A DNA stretch of 53,862 nt. Origin: Asterionella formosa. Its lineage: Eukaryota. Position 1 is the stretch's first letter. Each line of letters starts with the position of its first letter. This document shows positions 1-12,800 of the stretch, one piece after another. The stretch lies in contig NKIB01013672.1 of the NCBI GenBank assembly GCA_002256025.1, positions 1 through 53,862 of the forward strand, in the 5' to 3' direction. Under the pieces are notes generated by a model. That model saw only the letters and a list, made by a program, of their open reading frames with translations, had not been told where the DNA came from and made no database searches. A program made the position numbers and the translations under genes.

Positions 1-667
1 TAGAAAAGAGTGCATCGTGTAACATACACTTCGTACTTGCATCAGGTTTCGATTGTTATATTACTTGAATATTTTTTAGTCGGAAGATGGAGTAAAATAA
101 CGGTGGCTTACAGTTTTTAAGTGGTACCGTATTATAAAGATTATTACTGGTGAACAAATTTTTCTTCGTGTCGCCAGAAAATATTGTCAGTTGGTCCCAA
201 AAATTATGTGGGTTTCTAAAATAATAATGGAAGTTGTCGAAACTATTTTAGTTCACTCCGTTCATATATATTGTATGAGGCATCATATTTTTTTTGTGAT
301 GTCATACCCTTAAGGTTGCGGCCCTCGGCTTAACCCTAGTTTGGAGAAAAAATCGATAGGGTTGTAAAAACGGCGTGGAACAGGGAATTTTTTCTGTGTA
401 TTCCCAAGATACAAGTATCTCTCTGAATATTTAAACTAAGTAGAAAATGGCACCACATTGATAGAGTTCCATTTCAAAACAAATGAAGACGTTTATGTTG
501 TATCTACCTTGCTCAATGTAGATATATTTTTAGTCCCCACCAGAGCACATGTATATACTAGCTACTTTATAGTATACCTCGAGCATGTACTGTTAGTCAT
601 CAATACAATCATGTTCCATGCCCCACTTGTATTGATAGTGACATTGTCGAATCTGAAAGAGCAGGCT

Positions 668-1010
668 ATGGGAATCGCATCTTCTGTGAACGCTGTGCGT
701 GACTTTACATGCCCAGAGTGTCAATGTCGATGGGACGAGATGGAGAAGTTAGTTGAGCAATACATGGAAGCAGACTTGGTTCAGCTTGCTTCGACTTGAC
801 GAAGATGTTATCACGCCGGGCCAAGGAAGAAACCTTATATGCAAGGTTCTGGTCAAGACATTCTGTTGCTCACTTGGGAAAGGCATCCGTATGGAACTTC
901 CAGATTGCTGCCTGAAGAGGGTTTGTTCGCTTCTCAAGAATAAGGATCACAAAGAAGAGTACACTGGTTTCCAACCAGTATCTAAAAAGTTTAAACATAG
1001 CAGCAAATGA
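668..1010 (+). pseudogene. KolX-like accessory protein (P2X7 intracellular-domain-like), frameshifted near 795-800
   Basis: The ORFs 458..799 and 753..1010 join with a 1-nt shift. This gives CPECQCRW...RNLICKVLVKTFCCSLGKGIRMELPDCCLKRVCSLL...EYTGF, matching the LGKGxRxxLPxC...YTGF signature of the Kolobok second ORF. Confidence 0.75.
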
Positions 1011-1365
1011 CTGTTAATCATCTATCAATTTTATTAGTTTGCTTATATTTGAACTTGTCATTGTCATAGCATTGCAGAAAAATTCTCAGTCTTTATAACA
1101 TTAAAAACCATCAATAAATATTCAAACCTTTCAATCGTTGGCATTAAAAAATTAAAGAACATAAATTTATGACATCATTACTACTTTCAAAAATAGGAAA
1201 GGTTTAGGTACCCGTCTCTGTTCCTTGATTGCAAATGGTGGCAAATGACGGTGCACACGCAAAGAGGCGCCTGATGAAACCATTTGGTTTGACGAAACAA
1301 AGAAAATTATAGATACAACAGAAAACGCACCAGTTACAGATACAACAGAAAACACACCACCCGTA

Positions 1366-2280
1366 ATGAATCTGAGCGGACATCATTTTTTGTCTGCAGA
1401 ATCATTGCAGCAGTTTATAGAGAGCAACAGTAGCTGTAGTAAATGCAGTGAAAAGTTGAGATTGCAAGCGTATAATATTGCATACAAACAAGGAATGGCA
1501 GATTTACAAACGTACCTTATCCAAAAATGTCAAGTAAAAAGATCAATAGAAGATAAATACAATCAATTCATTGAAAGCCATGATAGTTTCATTGACATCA
1601 CAGAGTCATCGGAATCTCATTCACAGATAACAAGTCTGATTGTTGCCGACAATGTTAGTCCATTTTTTGGCATTGCTAGCCGAATTTCAATTACCTGTCC
1701 GCAATGTGATGAAAGAAAGTATGTTGAACCTGTAATTTGCAAAAACAAAGAAGGAAATTACGAGAAAGGCAATCAATCAGAACACTTTGCAATCAATAAC
1801 ATGTTTGCTGTTCTTGGTTGTCACGAAGCAGGAATGAGTCCGGTTGACGTTGATATAATATGCTCATCCCTTTCCTTACCTTTGCAAATTGGTTACTGGA
1901 GCAGGAAGGGAAGGTTTAAAAATTTGGAGCAACGAGTAGGCGATGCTGAAGTAGTTGCAACAGAAAAATCAATGAGAGAGGCAATGAACGAGGAGGTATG
2001 TCTAACTCTGGATGTACAATCTCCTGCTGCCAAGAAATGCAAACATTGCGGACATACCGATCATTTGAGAAGGACAAGTGCACGATGTCAATACAACAAC
2101 AGCAAAATGCAAGCAGCTCCTCGTGTTGAGCTCGTACATGTAACTACTGGTAACACTGATTTTACAGATGAGTCCAATACATGTGGTTCAAGTGTGGCTG
2201 GCGTAATTTTACAAGACCGGGATACTCCAGTCAATCTGGAGCAGGTGAGTAAATTCAATTCAACCAATCAAAATATTTAA
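1366..2280 (+). pseudogene. N-terminal part of a Kolobok (Mutator-like-domain) transposase; DDE core missing
   Basis: CSKC...GIASRISITCPQC...FAINNMFAVLGCHEAG...ICSSLSLP pattern plus a CKHCGHTDH..C knuckle. In-frame upstream TGA at 1246-1248 and possible splice donor near 2245. No catalytic domain before the right TIR. Confidence 0.7.
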
Positions 2281-2497
2281 AGTGATGCGGGAACTTACCA
2301 TGGAGTCTTCTTGGACAGAGAATTATACAGTCAAATAAGCCTATGCAAGACTCCATTTTTTACAAGAACGTTTTCGCACATACGAACTCCGATTCCAATA
2401 TTTTGGCGACTGTTGAAAAAGCCGATTGCTCTACATCTACGGGGTTTCACGACGATTAAAATAGATAGCCGTGTACCCTTTAACGTCAGGAGTTAAC

Positions 2498-2616
2498 TTC
2501 TGGAGAGAAGTGGCAGTTATGTATCGTAGATTTTTGAAAAGCTTCGTAGCCCCTTTTTTGACTATTTTTGCGGTAGTTACGAATCTATGATACATTACTA
2601 CCACTTCTCTCCAGAA
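2498..2616. repeat. Subterminal inverted repeat (35-bp arms, 3 mismatches) inside the Kolobok element
   Basis: TTCTGGAGAGAAGTGGCAGTTATGTATCGTAGATT (2498-2532) versus AATCTATGATACATTACTACCACTTCTCTCCAGAA (2582-2616). Confidence 0.9.
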
Positions 2617-3109
2617 ATGAGGTCCTTAACATATCTGTATATACATCATACCCCTAAGTCGGGGAATGACAGTATCTAAGCATATGCAAAGTGGTCGTAA
2701 TGGTGAAAGCTAATTTTAGCTACCTTGAACTATTTTATTTACTTGTACGTGATGTGTGGATTGACATTCAGCATAAAAATATATTTGGAAATAGTGGGCC
2801 TCGCAATTTGTAACTGTGGGGCCGCAACCTTAAATTATGTACGTAACTAAATTCATCATATTGGGCCACCCAAATAATTAATTTGGGTGATTAATTATAT
2901 TTGACTACAGTACCGGTAGCGTTTTTTTCTTGCAGCTGTACCAGTAATCGGCGTTGTAGATGAAGGAGTAACTGGTGGTACCATATAGGTATTTGTTAGT
3001 ATGTCTGAATGCAGCGTCAAAAGACCCAAGGTACCTGGTAGCCCTGGTACCAGGGCAGTGTGTATCATAGCCCTGTGTAAGCCTATATACCAGTGCCTGG
3101 TCCCAGGTA

Positions 3110-4532
3110 CCTATTCATTAGCTGAGGTCAACGCACTCAGCATCACGATCATGCCATTCCAGACATTTTCACAATCACAATACAGGTATGTTATCCATGT
3201 ATTTTGTATCTTTAGAATTCATACGAAATATAATTTATGTAAAAGAATAAGAGAATTCATCTTGGATGCTGACAATATCGATGGTAAGGATAATTGTTGA
3301 TATGCTTCATGCACCCAGTTGCCGACAGCCACATTGCTTCGACTTTCTCCATCAATTCATGCCTGATAGCACTCCGAAGATTTGCAGTCGATAACACACA
3401 CTAACTCGAATAGATATTTAGTTTAGCTTTTCAAATTCAATATCAAATGATCTGTTCCATACCTGTTTTGTGCTCATTAGGGTTGGTTGTTGCTTGCATC
3501 ACAAATCATGTCGCGATATTTCTCGAGATCCATATCGCTCCGCCTTTCTCAATAAATTAAGGAAAGATTGCAATAAAACAATTTGTAGTGAATTTGTCTT
3601 AGAGCAACGATTTATCCTATAAAAAAATTAATCTTGAACTTTTAAAATATGTAGTTGTAACATCAACTAGTCCTGCCTTGGAAATAACCATATGATTGTG
3701 AACCATCACATGAAACCAAGAAAAGTAATCTTGATCAGTATAATAGTAAATATTATTTTCGTGAAGTGCACAACCATGAACTGTAGCATTGGTTCGAAAT
3801 AATGGAATGTGTGTGGGATGAACATGTTTGAATTGTTATAAATCTGTATTTTTTTGGTCAACAGTTGACCACCAGCTTACCAGCTTATGTTGGTGGAAAT
3901 GAAGCATCCATGCATTTCTTCAAAGTCTGGTAGGATGGAGTGTGATACCTGCCTTCCATCAAAATATTTCATTGCTTTTGCCTTGAAAAGCCATTTCATT
4001 AGATGATCAAAGTAAACTGGTGGAAGGTAATTCTCGTTAAGGAATAACATGACTTCTAATTCGATTGGATGCATGTTTAGAGAATGATTACTTGGAAGTT
4101 GAAATTGAGGTGGAAGTATCCTTGGAGAGTTTTTAGTCTCAATTGTTTGTCTGGTTGTGACTGAATATTCTTGTTATAAACTGAATCATCGCTGTTGTCA
4201 TGAAATGGACAATTATGCTGGCCACTTGATTCAAGGATAGGACACATAATCTCTTCTTGTTGTCTACTCTCCCTTAATACTGCAGCATTTCTTACACTAG
4301 TATCATTAACTCCTTTCCTTGAATGATTCGATGCACTACCGCAATACATAGTTTCATTGTGTATTCCAGGAACTCGATGTTCTTGCATGCAATGTCGGCA
4401 GTGACCATATCCATAAAAAACACGGTTGCTACAATTTCGATTGTGAGACTCAGATGGGCATTTGTTCTTCCGAAATGTGTAGCTACACATATAACACCAT
4501 TGCAATGTCCGCAAAGACATTGCAAATTTCAA
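3110..4532 (-). pseudogene. Highly degenerate Plavaka/EnSpm-like transposase remnant
   Basis: Broken minus-strand frames give a Zn finger (CYMCSYTF...SHNRNC), ELEVMLFLNENYLPPVYFDHLMKW and SNVAVGNWVHEAY. These resemble Plavaka-type motifs (LxxxxAPLYLFDxIMxW; DxxTGxWYxEAY). Many stops and frameshifts. Confidence 0.45.
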
Positions 4533-6312
4533 ATGATGACCAAGTCAGGATATGAACAGGATAGAATGAAAATGAAATAATAATTATAATAAATTTAGCA
4601 TCACTCCGATCATGCTGTGCTGGACAATACTTTATGTTATCACTCCACCATAGTACTAGCTAGTAAAAATGAAGGTATACCGCTACATATAGTACAGGCG
4701 GCAATACTAGTAGTATAGAGCAGCGTCAAAGTTTTCCTAACATCTATGATTTGATTTGCATTGTAGAAGTCTCGTCTCACACTCACTATATTTATTATGC
4801 AACTACTAAGTATGCATTGGATTCTATTAGATCCTTTCAAAATCAGCATCGTCATCAATGTCCCATTGATTAATGCGGTCATTGTAATCAATATTCTTCT
4901 CAGGAACATTTGACTGAAGTGGTTCAACACATTGATGCATATTCTCTTCACTTTCGTTGGGAAATGAGAAGTATGAGTGTGGGTAGATGATATTTGTTGT
5001 GGAAGTAGCAATTCCACTAGGATTCCTTCCATATTCAGATCGATTCTTTTGTGAAAGACCAGTGTAGTAGATTTCCTTAGTACTATAATAAACGATTAAA
5101 TCATCAGTCCATTGATCAGCCAGTGAGACCATTTGAAACTGAACTTTCTTCCCTCACACTTTTTTGATAAGTGGTTTCCCGACAATGTCGACAAACTCAG
5201 TAGAATGAAGAAAATCGTTCTCTGATATATCCTGCGTACCTGAATTGAAACACAAATATTTTTGTTGCAATCGGAATTTTCCTTTCAGCACCAAGAAGCA
5301 AAATGCTTCTGTACCAGAATTGATCGGCAAACCAACAAAACGTGATTGCAATTCACACTGTGCCCGAAGACTGAGTTGAAATTTGGTTACACCAGATTTG
5401 TCTCCTGTTAAAAATGGTTCTCCACGGCTTGTTCTGCCAATAAAATACACTGGAGCAAGAAAATCACGCCAGACTTGGCTGTTGGTATCCTTGGCTTCCC
5501 CTGTCAATGTCCTTTGATTGCGCAAAATGATAAAGCGTGAACTCCCACCTAATAAAGTCATCAATATCCATAGTCTGGATGTTATATTCTGTTAGACCAG
5601 CTGGTGTCGTGTCATGAATTATGTTAGCATTTTTAAATTCAAACACATTTGATAAGAATATGATCACCGACTCAAAACATCATGCTTTCGGAGCATCTCC
5701 CTGCAAGAACTTACCTAAGATTCCTTTAAATTGAGTATTCAATACGCACATTCTGACATTCTCTCAACTTTTTACTGCACATGCCACCAAATGTTGATAT
5801 GATGTGCTCTAAACATGCCTTGTTGGTCTGGTACGTTCAATGGTCTGATTCATTCGAAGTAGTGCATCAGAACTATTCCATTTGAAATCGGCAAGCTCTG
5901 CTGGGTCACTCTCAGCTTCTTTGCCAAACTCAGGTTTGACTGTGTATAGCCGAGTTAGGCAACATTGGGAAAACCAATCCTGGTCGTGATTGGAAATGCC
6001 GCTCATACTACTTGGACCAGATAGGCAGGGCGGGATGTTTGATTCTCTTTTGGGACCAGAAAAAATCACATTAGATTGATATTCTGTTTTACAGTAACTG
6101 CAATTCACAAACTATAACATCAAACTTACATATTCACAGCAAAACCTCTTGGTCTTGAAAAAAAAGCAACTCACAACCTTTGTGACAATTGATGGTTCAA
6201 TTTTCGTCTGTAAATAAAAAATATCATAAAATATGATCAAGGGTATCGTTCGCTAAGTGGCACAGGATTTTCACATATATGATAGTTTTTCGATCAAAAA
6301 TATGATCAATGT

Positions 6313-6481
6313 ATCATATAATTATGATCATGCAGTTAACTTTTACCGAGCTTGAAGTATGATGAGACTATCATAGTTATAATACCATTGCATCATATAA
6401 TTATGATCATGCAGTTAACTTTTACCGAGCTTGAAGTATGATGAGACTATCATAGTTATAATACCATTGCATCATATAATT
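6313..6481. repeat. Perfect tandem duplication, 79-bp unit x ~2.1
   Basis: The unit ATCATATAATTATGATCATGCAG...ATACCATTGC starts at 6313 and 6392, with a partial copy at 6471. Confidence 0.95.
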
Positions 6482-8599
6482 AGTTAAACATGGTCATATG
6501 ATGCAAATAATTTTGTCATACATCTATCTTAGCATGATCGTAATTCTCATCGATATCACTGTCTAAAATAGGATGAAATGGATCGATATTTAGAACTATA
6601 TTTAGCTAATAATGGTTCTATGATTCTATCATATCTTAAGTGGCTACAGAATGTTCTACAATGCTCTCATCGCAATGATTGTTGGTGCCGCTTTCACTTC
6701 CACCTTCCCCCCAAACCAATTCTGAAGGTTGTTGTACTGGTTGCCTTGCCGTTGTTCCCCTGCTCCTTGCATTGTTCCATTTACTCCTGAGGGTTGTTCT
6801 GAGTTTGCATTCACGCATTTTCGTATTACTATTGAATCCGTTTCGTTGTTCCAATCAGCCATACTAACAAAGAGAAGCAATTCATTGTTACCTGTTCATG
6901 TTTTGCTTACACAACAACATTTGTTTCGCTTCTATCTTGCTTCACTTACCACAAATTGAGGAAGTAACTGATGCATATTTCTGTAGAAAAATGTGTCAGT
7001 CGAAGATTGAATGAGAAGCAAAGTATCGATCAATAAATGGGCTCCAACACTGCTCTTTGTAACTTACAAATACTGTTTGTCTACCATTATCCTGAAAGAA
7101 GCAACACATATGTGTCACTTTTTCTAACAGTTGCGGATTGATCCAAAGATGACTGATAGGTAGCACTTACCGATTTCTTTTGTCCACATTGATGGTTGAC
7201 CTGCCACCAAATCGAAAAGGAGCTATTGAATCACTGAAAGGGGACGAGTCATTCCGTATTTGTAATCCCAGCAGCAATTGATCATCTTGGCATTTGCTCT
7301 TGACAAACCGTGATGCTATGCACAGCTTGTTGATTCCGCTCTTCTCCATCATATTCACTCATTCTTATCGTGCTGTATCGTCACTTCAGTTTTTCGCATC
7401 ATGTGTTGCTTGAGATCCTTCATTTGAGGAAGTGGATGCAGCATAACAAGGAACATGAAAGGCATCTGCTCTTGACTTACCATCAATTGATTCCGCCCTT
7501 CTCTTCTAAGCCGCAAGTATCGCTCATTGGGCTTTATTATCACTTTAGTTTTCCGTGTCATCATCTGTGTTAATCCTTCAATTCAGGAGCAAAGTGTATG
7601 CATGACAAGGAACCAAATGAAAACATGATTTCAAATGTTTCAGCCATGAACACACATATATAAATTTTTGTAAGAATTTTAAATGTATACATAGTGGAAC
7701 ATTTGCATAGGTTTAAACACGCTCATTATACGGCACATCCTGTGTATACTAATATCAATTTTGATTATACATAGTTCAAATATATACAATGCATGATGAG
7801 TTCATAGTTTTCCACGACCTGTTGAGTTTTTTCAATTTTTGTTTTGTCAATTCTTGTACCTACAAGTCAGTGGCTGATTTAATTAAGCCCCTTACTAATA
7901 AACGGGAGTCATCACCAATTTTTCAAATGGTCGAAATCATACATTTATGTATATAGACATATTGACCAAAATTCATATGGCCTACCGGTAGTCCTGTATA
8001 ATTGCTGGTAATTACTTCCATCATGGAAATACCACAATATTGCAGCGGAAAACTGAATATGCTCATGTGTTTAGGATCATTTGATCATATTTTTAAGATC
8101 AATTAATCATGATTCTTGAAAAAAAATGTTGATCGTTCATTTTCTCATCAACGACACCGTTCATCATATGATCAATATGTTATGATCAAAGGTATAGGAT
8201 AAACGAATCTAAATTCATTGATTAAAGATCATTGTTTATACCGGAGTACTTGCTCATGCATGCAACCCCTTCCCCCCCTGTAGACAGTCCAGAAATGATA
8301 ACCCCCAAGCTACCAAATTTTTATGTCTTGTAAGAATTATCGCAGCATGCATGCATACATTACTCCTACTGGTATATACAATGAAGAAATGATGACCAAC
8401 AGACTACCAATCCTATAGGTCCTGTAGAATTATCGCAACATGGCTGCTGCATATCTAATGAAAGGGCGGGAGGAGTCATCCATGCACCTGTATAGTATGA
8501 AATGGTATGGAAATGATCAAATAAAGCTAGTCTACACAAGGAGCAGTGCATCATATATGCCCTGCTGTTGTTATTTTAATTCCTATGAAATCTCTTGAT

Positions 8600-9400
8600 C
8601 TGTTCTGTGCTTTTTCGCCACAATTGTTTTCATTGGCTGTTTCACTGGACAGCATTCGAATTGATTGTGCTTTGAACGAAGCAATGATCAAAGTCCACCC
8701 CATTGCAGAATGGTGAGTCTCAGAACTAAGTATCAGCCAGTCGATTAAAATTGGACTGTCTTTTGTGCACCCTTGCTCGTTTTGTTTTTACTTGACTTGG
8801 CAGCTGTCAGCCAAGAGCAGCCATGGCATGCCACCGTTTATTGTCTATACAAGTTTCGAATGCGTTCAGCTATGATAACTTTTGCTCCCCCCTCCTAAAC
8901 ACTATCTCACAACGCACCCTTGTCATAGATTTTTCTTTATCCTTTGGCTTCACAGGCCCAGGTTACTACTTCATGCCTTCATCTGCAAGGAGTTCAGCCA
9001 AGCAGGTCCATGTTGGCGTCAAGAAAACCTCAACCCCGATATTCCTCATATGCTCCACCCATCGAATTCTTCATTGATGAAGTCAATGGAGCTATATTGA
9101 CAACATCAGGTGGCGCAGGCTTGTGTATAGATTGATGATGCCGAAAGCAATGCTTCCTTTTCCTGTAGGTATCTATTTGTCAACATTCAATCTATTCTTG
9201 TTCCCGCAAGGAGACCAGAAGCAATTATCCCTTTACTTCTCCTCCCAAGAACCTTCATTTCTCTTTCACAATTGTCCTGATATTTGCAGAGCATTTTTAG
9301 TTCCCTTTTGATTTTTCCACTTGTTTCAATCCCTTTTGCATTCAAGTCAAGAAACAAGCAACTCATTGAGATATCTGGAGGTTTTGGTCAGTGGCACCAT
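8600..9400 (-). pseudogene. Degenerate IS630/Tc1-mariner-like transposase remnant nested in the TE block
   Basis: Minus-strand translation around 9070-8960 gives IGVEVFLTPTWTCLAELLADEGMK**PG, resembling the GVxVxxTPKxHxELAGEGIEYSWG catalytic-E motif. Confidence 0.45.
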
Positions 9401-11585
9401 AAAGCAACAATCAACAGGTCATGGCGGCTGTTCTCCATTTTCTGTAGCAAGTGACATTCAAGAAGGGTCTGGGATCATTGGGGAGAAAACTTAGTAGAAT
9501 TCTCTGTGTTTTCCCCCGTCTGTTTGGCATTCTACCATTGCTTACTCTCAATCAATACTAGCTAGTATAGCTAATGAAAACCGTAATTAGATGAAGTGTG
9601 ACTTCCGGTTTCTAATATTTTACATTGTGGCACTACTGAAACTTGAATCCATAAATGGGCATTCAACTTGTGCTTGCTTCTTGCATTTTTGCAGTATAGA
9701 CTGGCTGGTGTTCGATAGGCCAAGCAAAGTGTCTTGCTTTTCATGAACATCTACAAGGTACTAGTGCTTTTGTCGAGGTTTGTGTCTAATACCAACTGCT
9801 GCCATCCATTGAAATATTCCAGATACATCAAAGAATACGCTCTTGTCTTTAAAGGTAAGGAACTAGTACGATGACAAAGAAAATCTAATGAGACATGAAA
9901 GTTACGAAACCAGAATCACTCTGTTTCTATAAATACACGGCACAGTCTAATGCTTCTTTGTGTATATCGCCTGCTATGCTGCGTTTCAATTATAGATGTA
10001 TTACGTTCTTGTTAGAGAGACGATGTTACGGAGAAGTAGATTGTGCTGTTCTATAGTGGATGTTGTTAAGCTATGATTGAGGTTGCCACACTGATTGATG
10101 CTCTGGTGACAGACCGGCCGGAAATATTCGTCTTGTGTGATGAGCCATTTCGTTTTCATTGGATTTCTTTTCAAGCTCTTAACGGATTGCATAGTACGAA
10201 CATACTGGACAATGTAGATGATGATTCATCGAAGACTTATGATGACTTGAACGACAAATGAAGATTTTATCACAAACATTCGTTCCTCTTGACATGGCTG
10301 CTTTGTCGTTGTTGCAAGAATCAGAGTGAGGACTGGCGAGGATGATGAGCCAAACCACATTACTCTAACTGGTACATATCATACCAAGAAATTTAAATAA
10401 AGGAAACTAAAAGAAATAATACATATATTTATTAAATTTCCATAGTCAAAAGGGTTACTATTTAAATTAAGAGGGCATTTAACGAAAAATTATGATCAGA
10501 GGATCATAATCCTATGATGCATCATGGAAATATGATGGTTTTTATTTGCAGACGTTAGCTAAGCGGGAATGATGTTCTGATGAGGCTGCTGAAATAGAAG
10601 ATTCTTGATAACCTTGTATGGACGAGTTTCGTACCGAATTACGACCTTTGTATTGATTGAGCTCATTGACCAATTGATAATATGCTTTGGCAAGTGCAAA
10701 ATGTTTTTCCCTCAGTTTGTCATGTACTTGTTGGTCCGTGTGATTAGAAAATTTGTGATATGGTACCATGTTGTCCATCTGCATCTGGGAGTTATTATTG
10801 GTATCATTGACAGGAGCTATTTTTCTTGTAGCAACAACTGAAGAAGAAATGTTATCATTGCTTTCAGTATCATCAATTAGGGGATCCTGTGTACTACTAG
10901 TAGCTGATGGTGTCCCCATCGACATTGGGAAAGTACCCCCATTAACTCCCTGTTGCATATTGGGTTCCTTTGGATAATCGACGATTCGCTTTTTCTTTGT
11001 TTACTCATTTTGGAACTTGCTTCTTTGTTCCATACCAGCAGTATTTGCCACATGTTGGTTGTTTCCATGAACCTCTTTATGGTTTTTTGAAGACATCTTA
11101 CTACCAGCAGATAACTGTTGTCATTGTCTTAAGTTCAATGATCTTAAAATCAGTGTTGCTACCACAATGAAATGAATCATCCTCAGCCACTACGTATAAT
11201 TTGTTATGCTGTCTAGATATGATACCAAAAGACCAACAATGCTATTTACATTATCATTTTTTTCAAAATCAGAAATCTTGCCTCAGTCTGCCTGCCTTCC
11301 GATTCCTCATGTTTCTCTGGTTTCAATGCGCGCTTCGTGCACATCCTCTTTCCCTTGTCAAAAATACTAAAAAAGCAAGACGATACCGCAATGATAGCTA
11401 TGTACAGGTACATAAGTAGGCTCGGGATTGCTGATGCGGTACTCAGTACCTGGTATCAGGGTACCTGGTACGGAGTAGTTCCCATGAGCGATTGCAACGG
11501 CACGCATACCGATATGATATCATCGATGTCAAATCATTGTTGTTTATTATTTGTTGAATCGACACGATAAATGCTATAACTCGTC

Positions 11586-12794
11586 ATGACAACTACCGGT
11601 GAGTCAGGAGCAAATTATGTCGGGGGCCAAACTACTACCAAAGTGCGTCAAGCGCTGGATATTGACAATTTATCGAAGTGGATGAGTCGACAGCTTGAAA
11701 TCCAAAAACTCTTCTCTTCACATGTGGACGATTCTATCGAACTCAACATTCGTCAGTTTGGCTTTGGGCAATCGAACCCCACTTACAAGGTCATAGCCAC
11801 ATGCAATCATCAAACAATCATCATGGTCCTTCGCAAAAAACCTCAACAGGTAGCTCATGCGTCTGCACACGCCTTGCATCGAGAATTCCAAGTATTGACC
11901 GCACTAGCAATGCACAACTTCCACGCACCAACTACAACGAGCATCGTTCCGGTCCCTCAAGTTCACGTCTATTGCGAGGACGCGGAAGTGGTAGGGGCGG
12001 AGTTCTACCTCATGGAATATGTTGAAGGACGAATATTTACGGATCCGACTCTTCATGGCATGTCTTCTTCAGATCAACACTTGGCCTATCAAGATGCACT
12101 CCGTGTGTTGTCCAATATTCATTCCGTTCAGCTTCGTAGCGTGGGACTGGAATTCTACGGTCAACCAGGAAATTATATACAGAGAAATATCCAACGACTT
12201 GTGTCTGTTAGTATCAAGCAATCGCAATTGTTAGGTGATGTACTTCCTGAACTAAATGGTATCACTCAACGACTCTCCCAAGCCGCCCCATATTGCCCGA
12301 ACTACGTTTCTCTTTTGCATGGAGACTACAAAGTGGACAATCTCATCTTTCATCCAACCAAACCAAAGATTATTGCTGTCTTGGACTGGGAACTTTCCAC
12401 GATTGGAGACCCCCTCTGCGATCTTGCCAATCTCAGTATGATGTATTTCATGCCCACGGCGGACCGTGGTGGCGTCGTGGGGATTGCCGGATTGCAAGGC
12501 ATTCAACTGGATACAACGGGTATCCCAACACGAGAAAAACTCATGATGGACTATTGCCTTTACAACTCGAATATTTCTCTTCGTCTAGCACAAGAATGGA
12601 GTGGCTTTTACTTGGCGTTTCTATTCTTCAAAAATTGTGTCATTGTACAGGGTGTGGCACAACGGCACAAGACAGGAGTGGCCAGTAGTGCTGTTGCTGC
12701 TAGGGTGGCTAGTTTACTACCCATTGTAGTGCAGACAACATTGAAAGTCTTGAACGATTATCCTCCACCGGTCGTGGCGTCAAGTCGATTGTAA
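11586..12794 (+). CDS. Aminoglycoside-phosphotransferase (APH) family protein, ACAD10/11 kinase-domain-like, with PTS1 (SRL)
   Basis: [35 protein letters not shown] and [19 protein letters not shown] motifs; C-terminal SRL; intact 402-aa ORF. Confidence 0.92.
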   Translation: MTTTGESGANYVGGQTTTKVRQALDIDNLSKWMSRQLEIQKLFSSHVDDSIELNIRQFGFGQSNPTYKVIATCNHQTIIMVLRKKPQQVAHASAHALHREFQVLTALAMHNFHAPTTTSIVPVPQVHVYCEDAEVVGAEFYLMEYVEGRIFTDPTLHGMSSSDQHLAYQDALRVLSNIHSVQLRSVGLEFYGQPGNYIQRNIQRLVSVSIKQSQLLGDVLPELNGITQRLSQAAPYCPNYVSLLHGDYKVDNLIFHPTKPKIIAVLDWELSTIGDPLCDLANLSMMYFMPTADRGGVVGIAGLQGIQLDTTGIPTREKLMMDYCLYNSNISLRLAQEWSGFYLAFLFFKNCVIVQGVAQRHKTGVASSAVAARVASLLPIVVQTTLKVLNDYPPPVVASSRL

Positions 12795-12800
12795 TACTTT

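Larger units (their letters stand above)
314..2829 (+). mobile_element. Kolobok-type DNA transposon, internally deleted/non-autonomous
   Basis: Perfect 11-bp TIRs GGTTGCGGCCC (314-324) and GGGCCGCAACC (2819-2829). TTAA on both sides (310-313, 2830-2833) and GG...CC termini. Contains KolX-like and transposase N-terminal coding remnants. Confidence 0.85.
4600..11400 (-). mobile_element. Large AT-rich degenerate TE-derived block with fragmented minus-strand accessory ORFs
   Basis: Chains of short broken ORFs (4640-6108, 6636-7564, 10542-11068), visible TpG/CpA excess, TGATCA motif clusters, no intact host gene. Confidence 0.5.

Noticed and set aside
329..345. TTAACCCTAG resembling a piggyBac terminus
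   Set aside because: It lies inside the conserved left end of both Kolobok copies, and there is no matching CTAGGGTTAA partner or piggyBac transposase within the element.
1311..1359. 27-bp-period duplication in the transposase 5' region
   Set aside because: Two in-frame copies encoding DTTEN(A/T)P; an ordinary low-complexity coding repeat.
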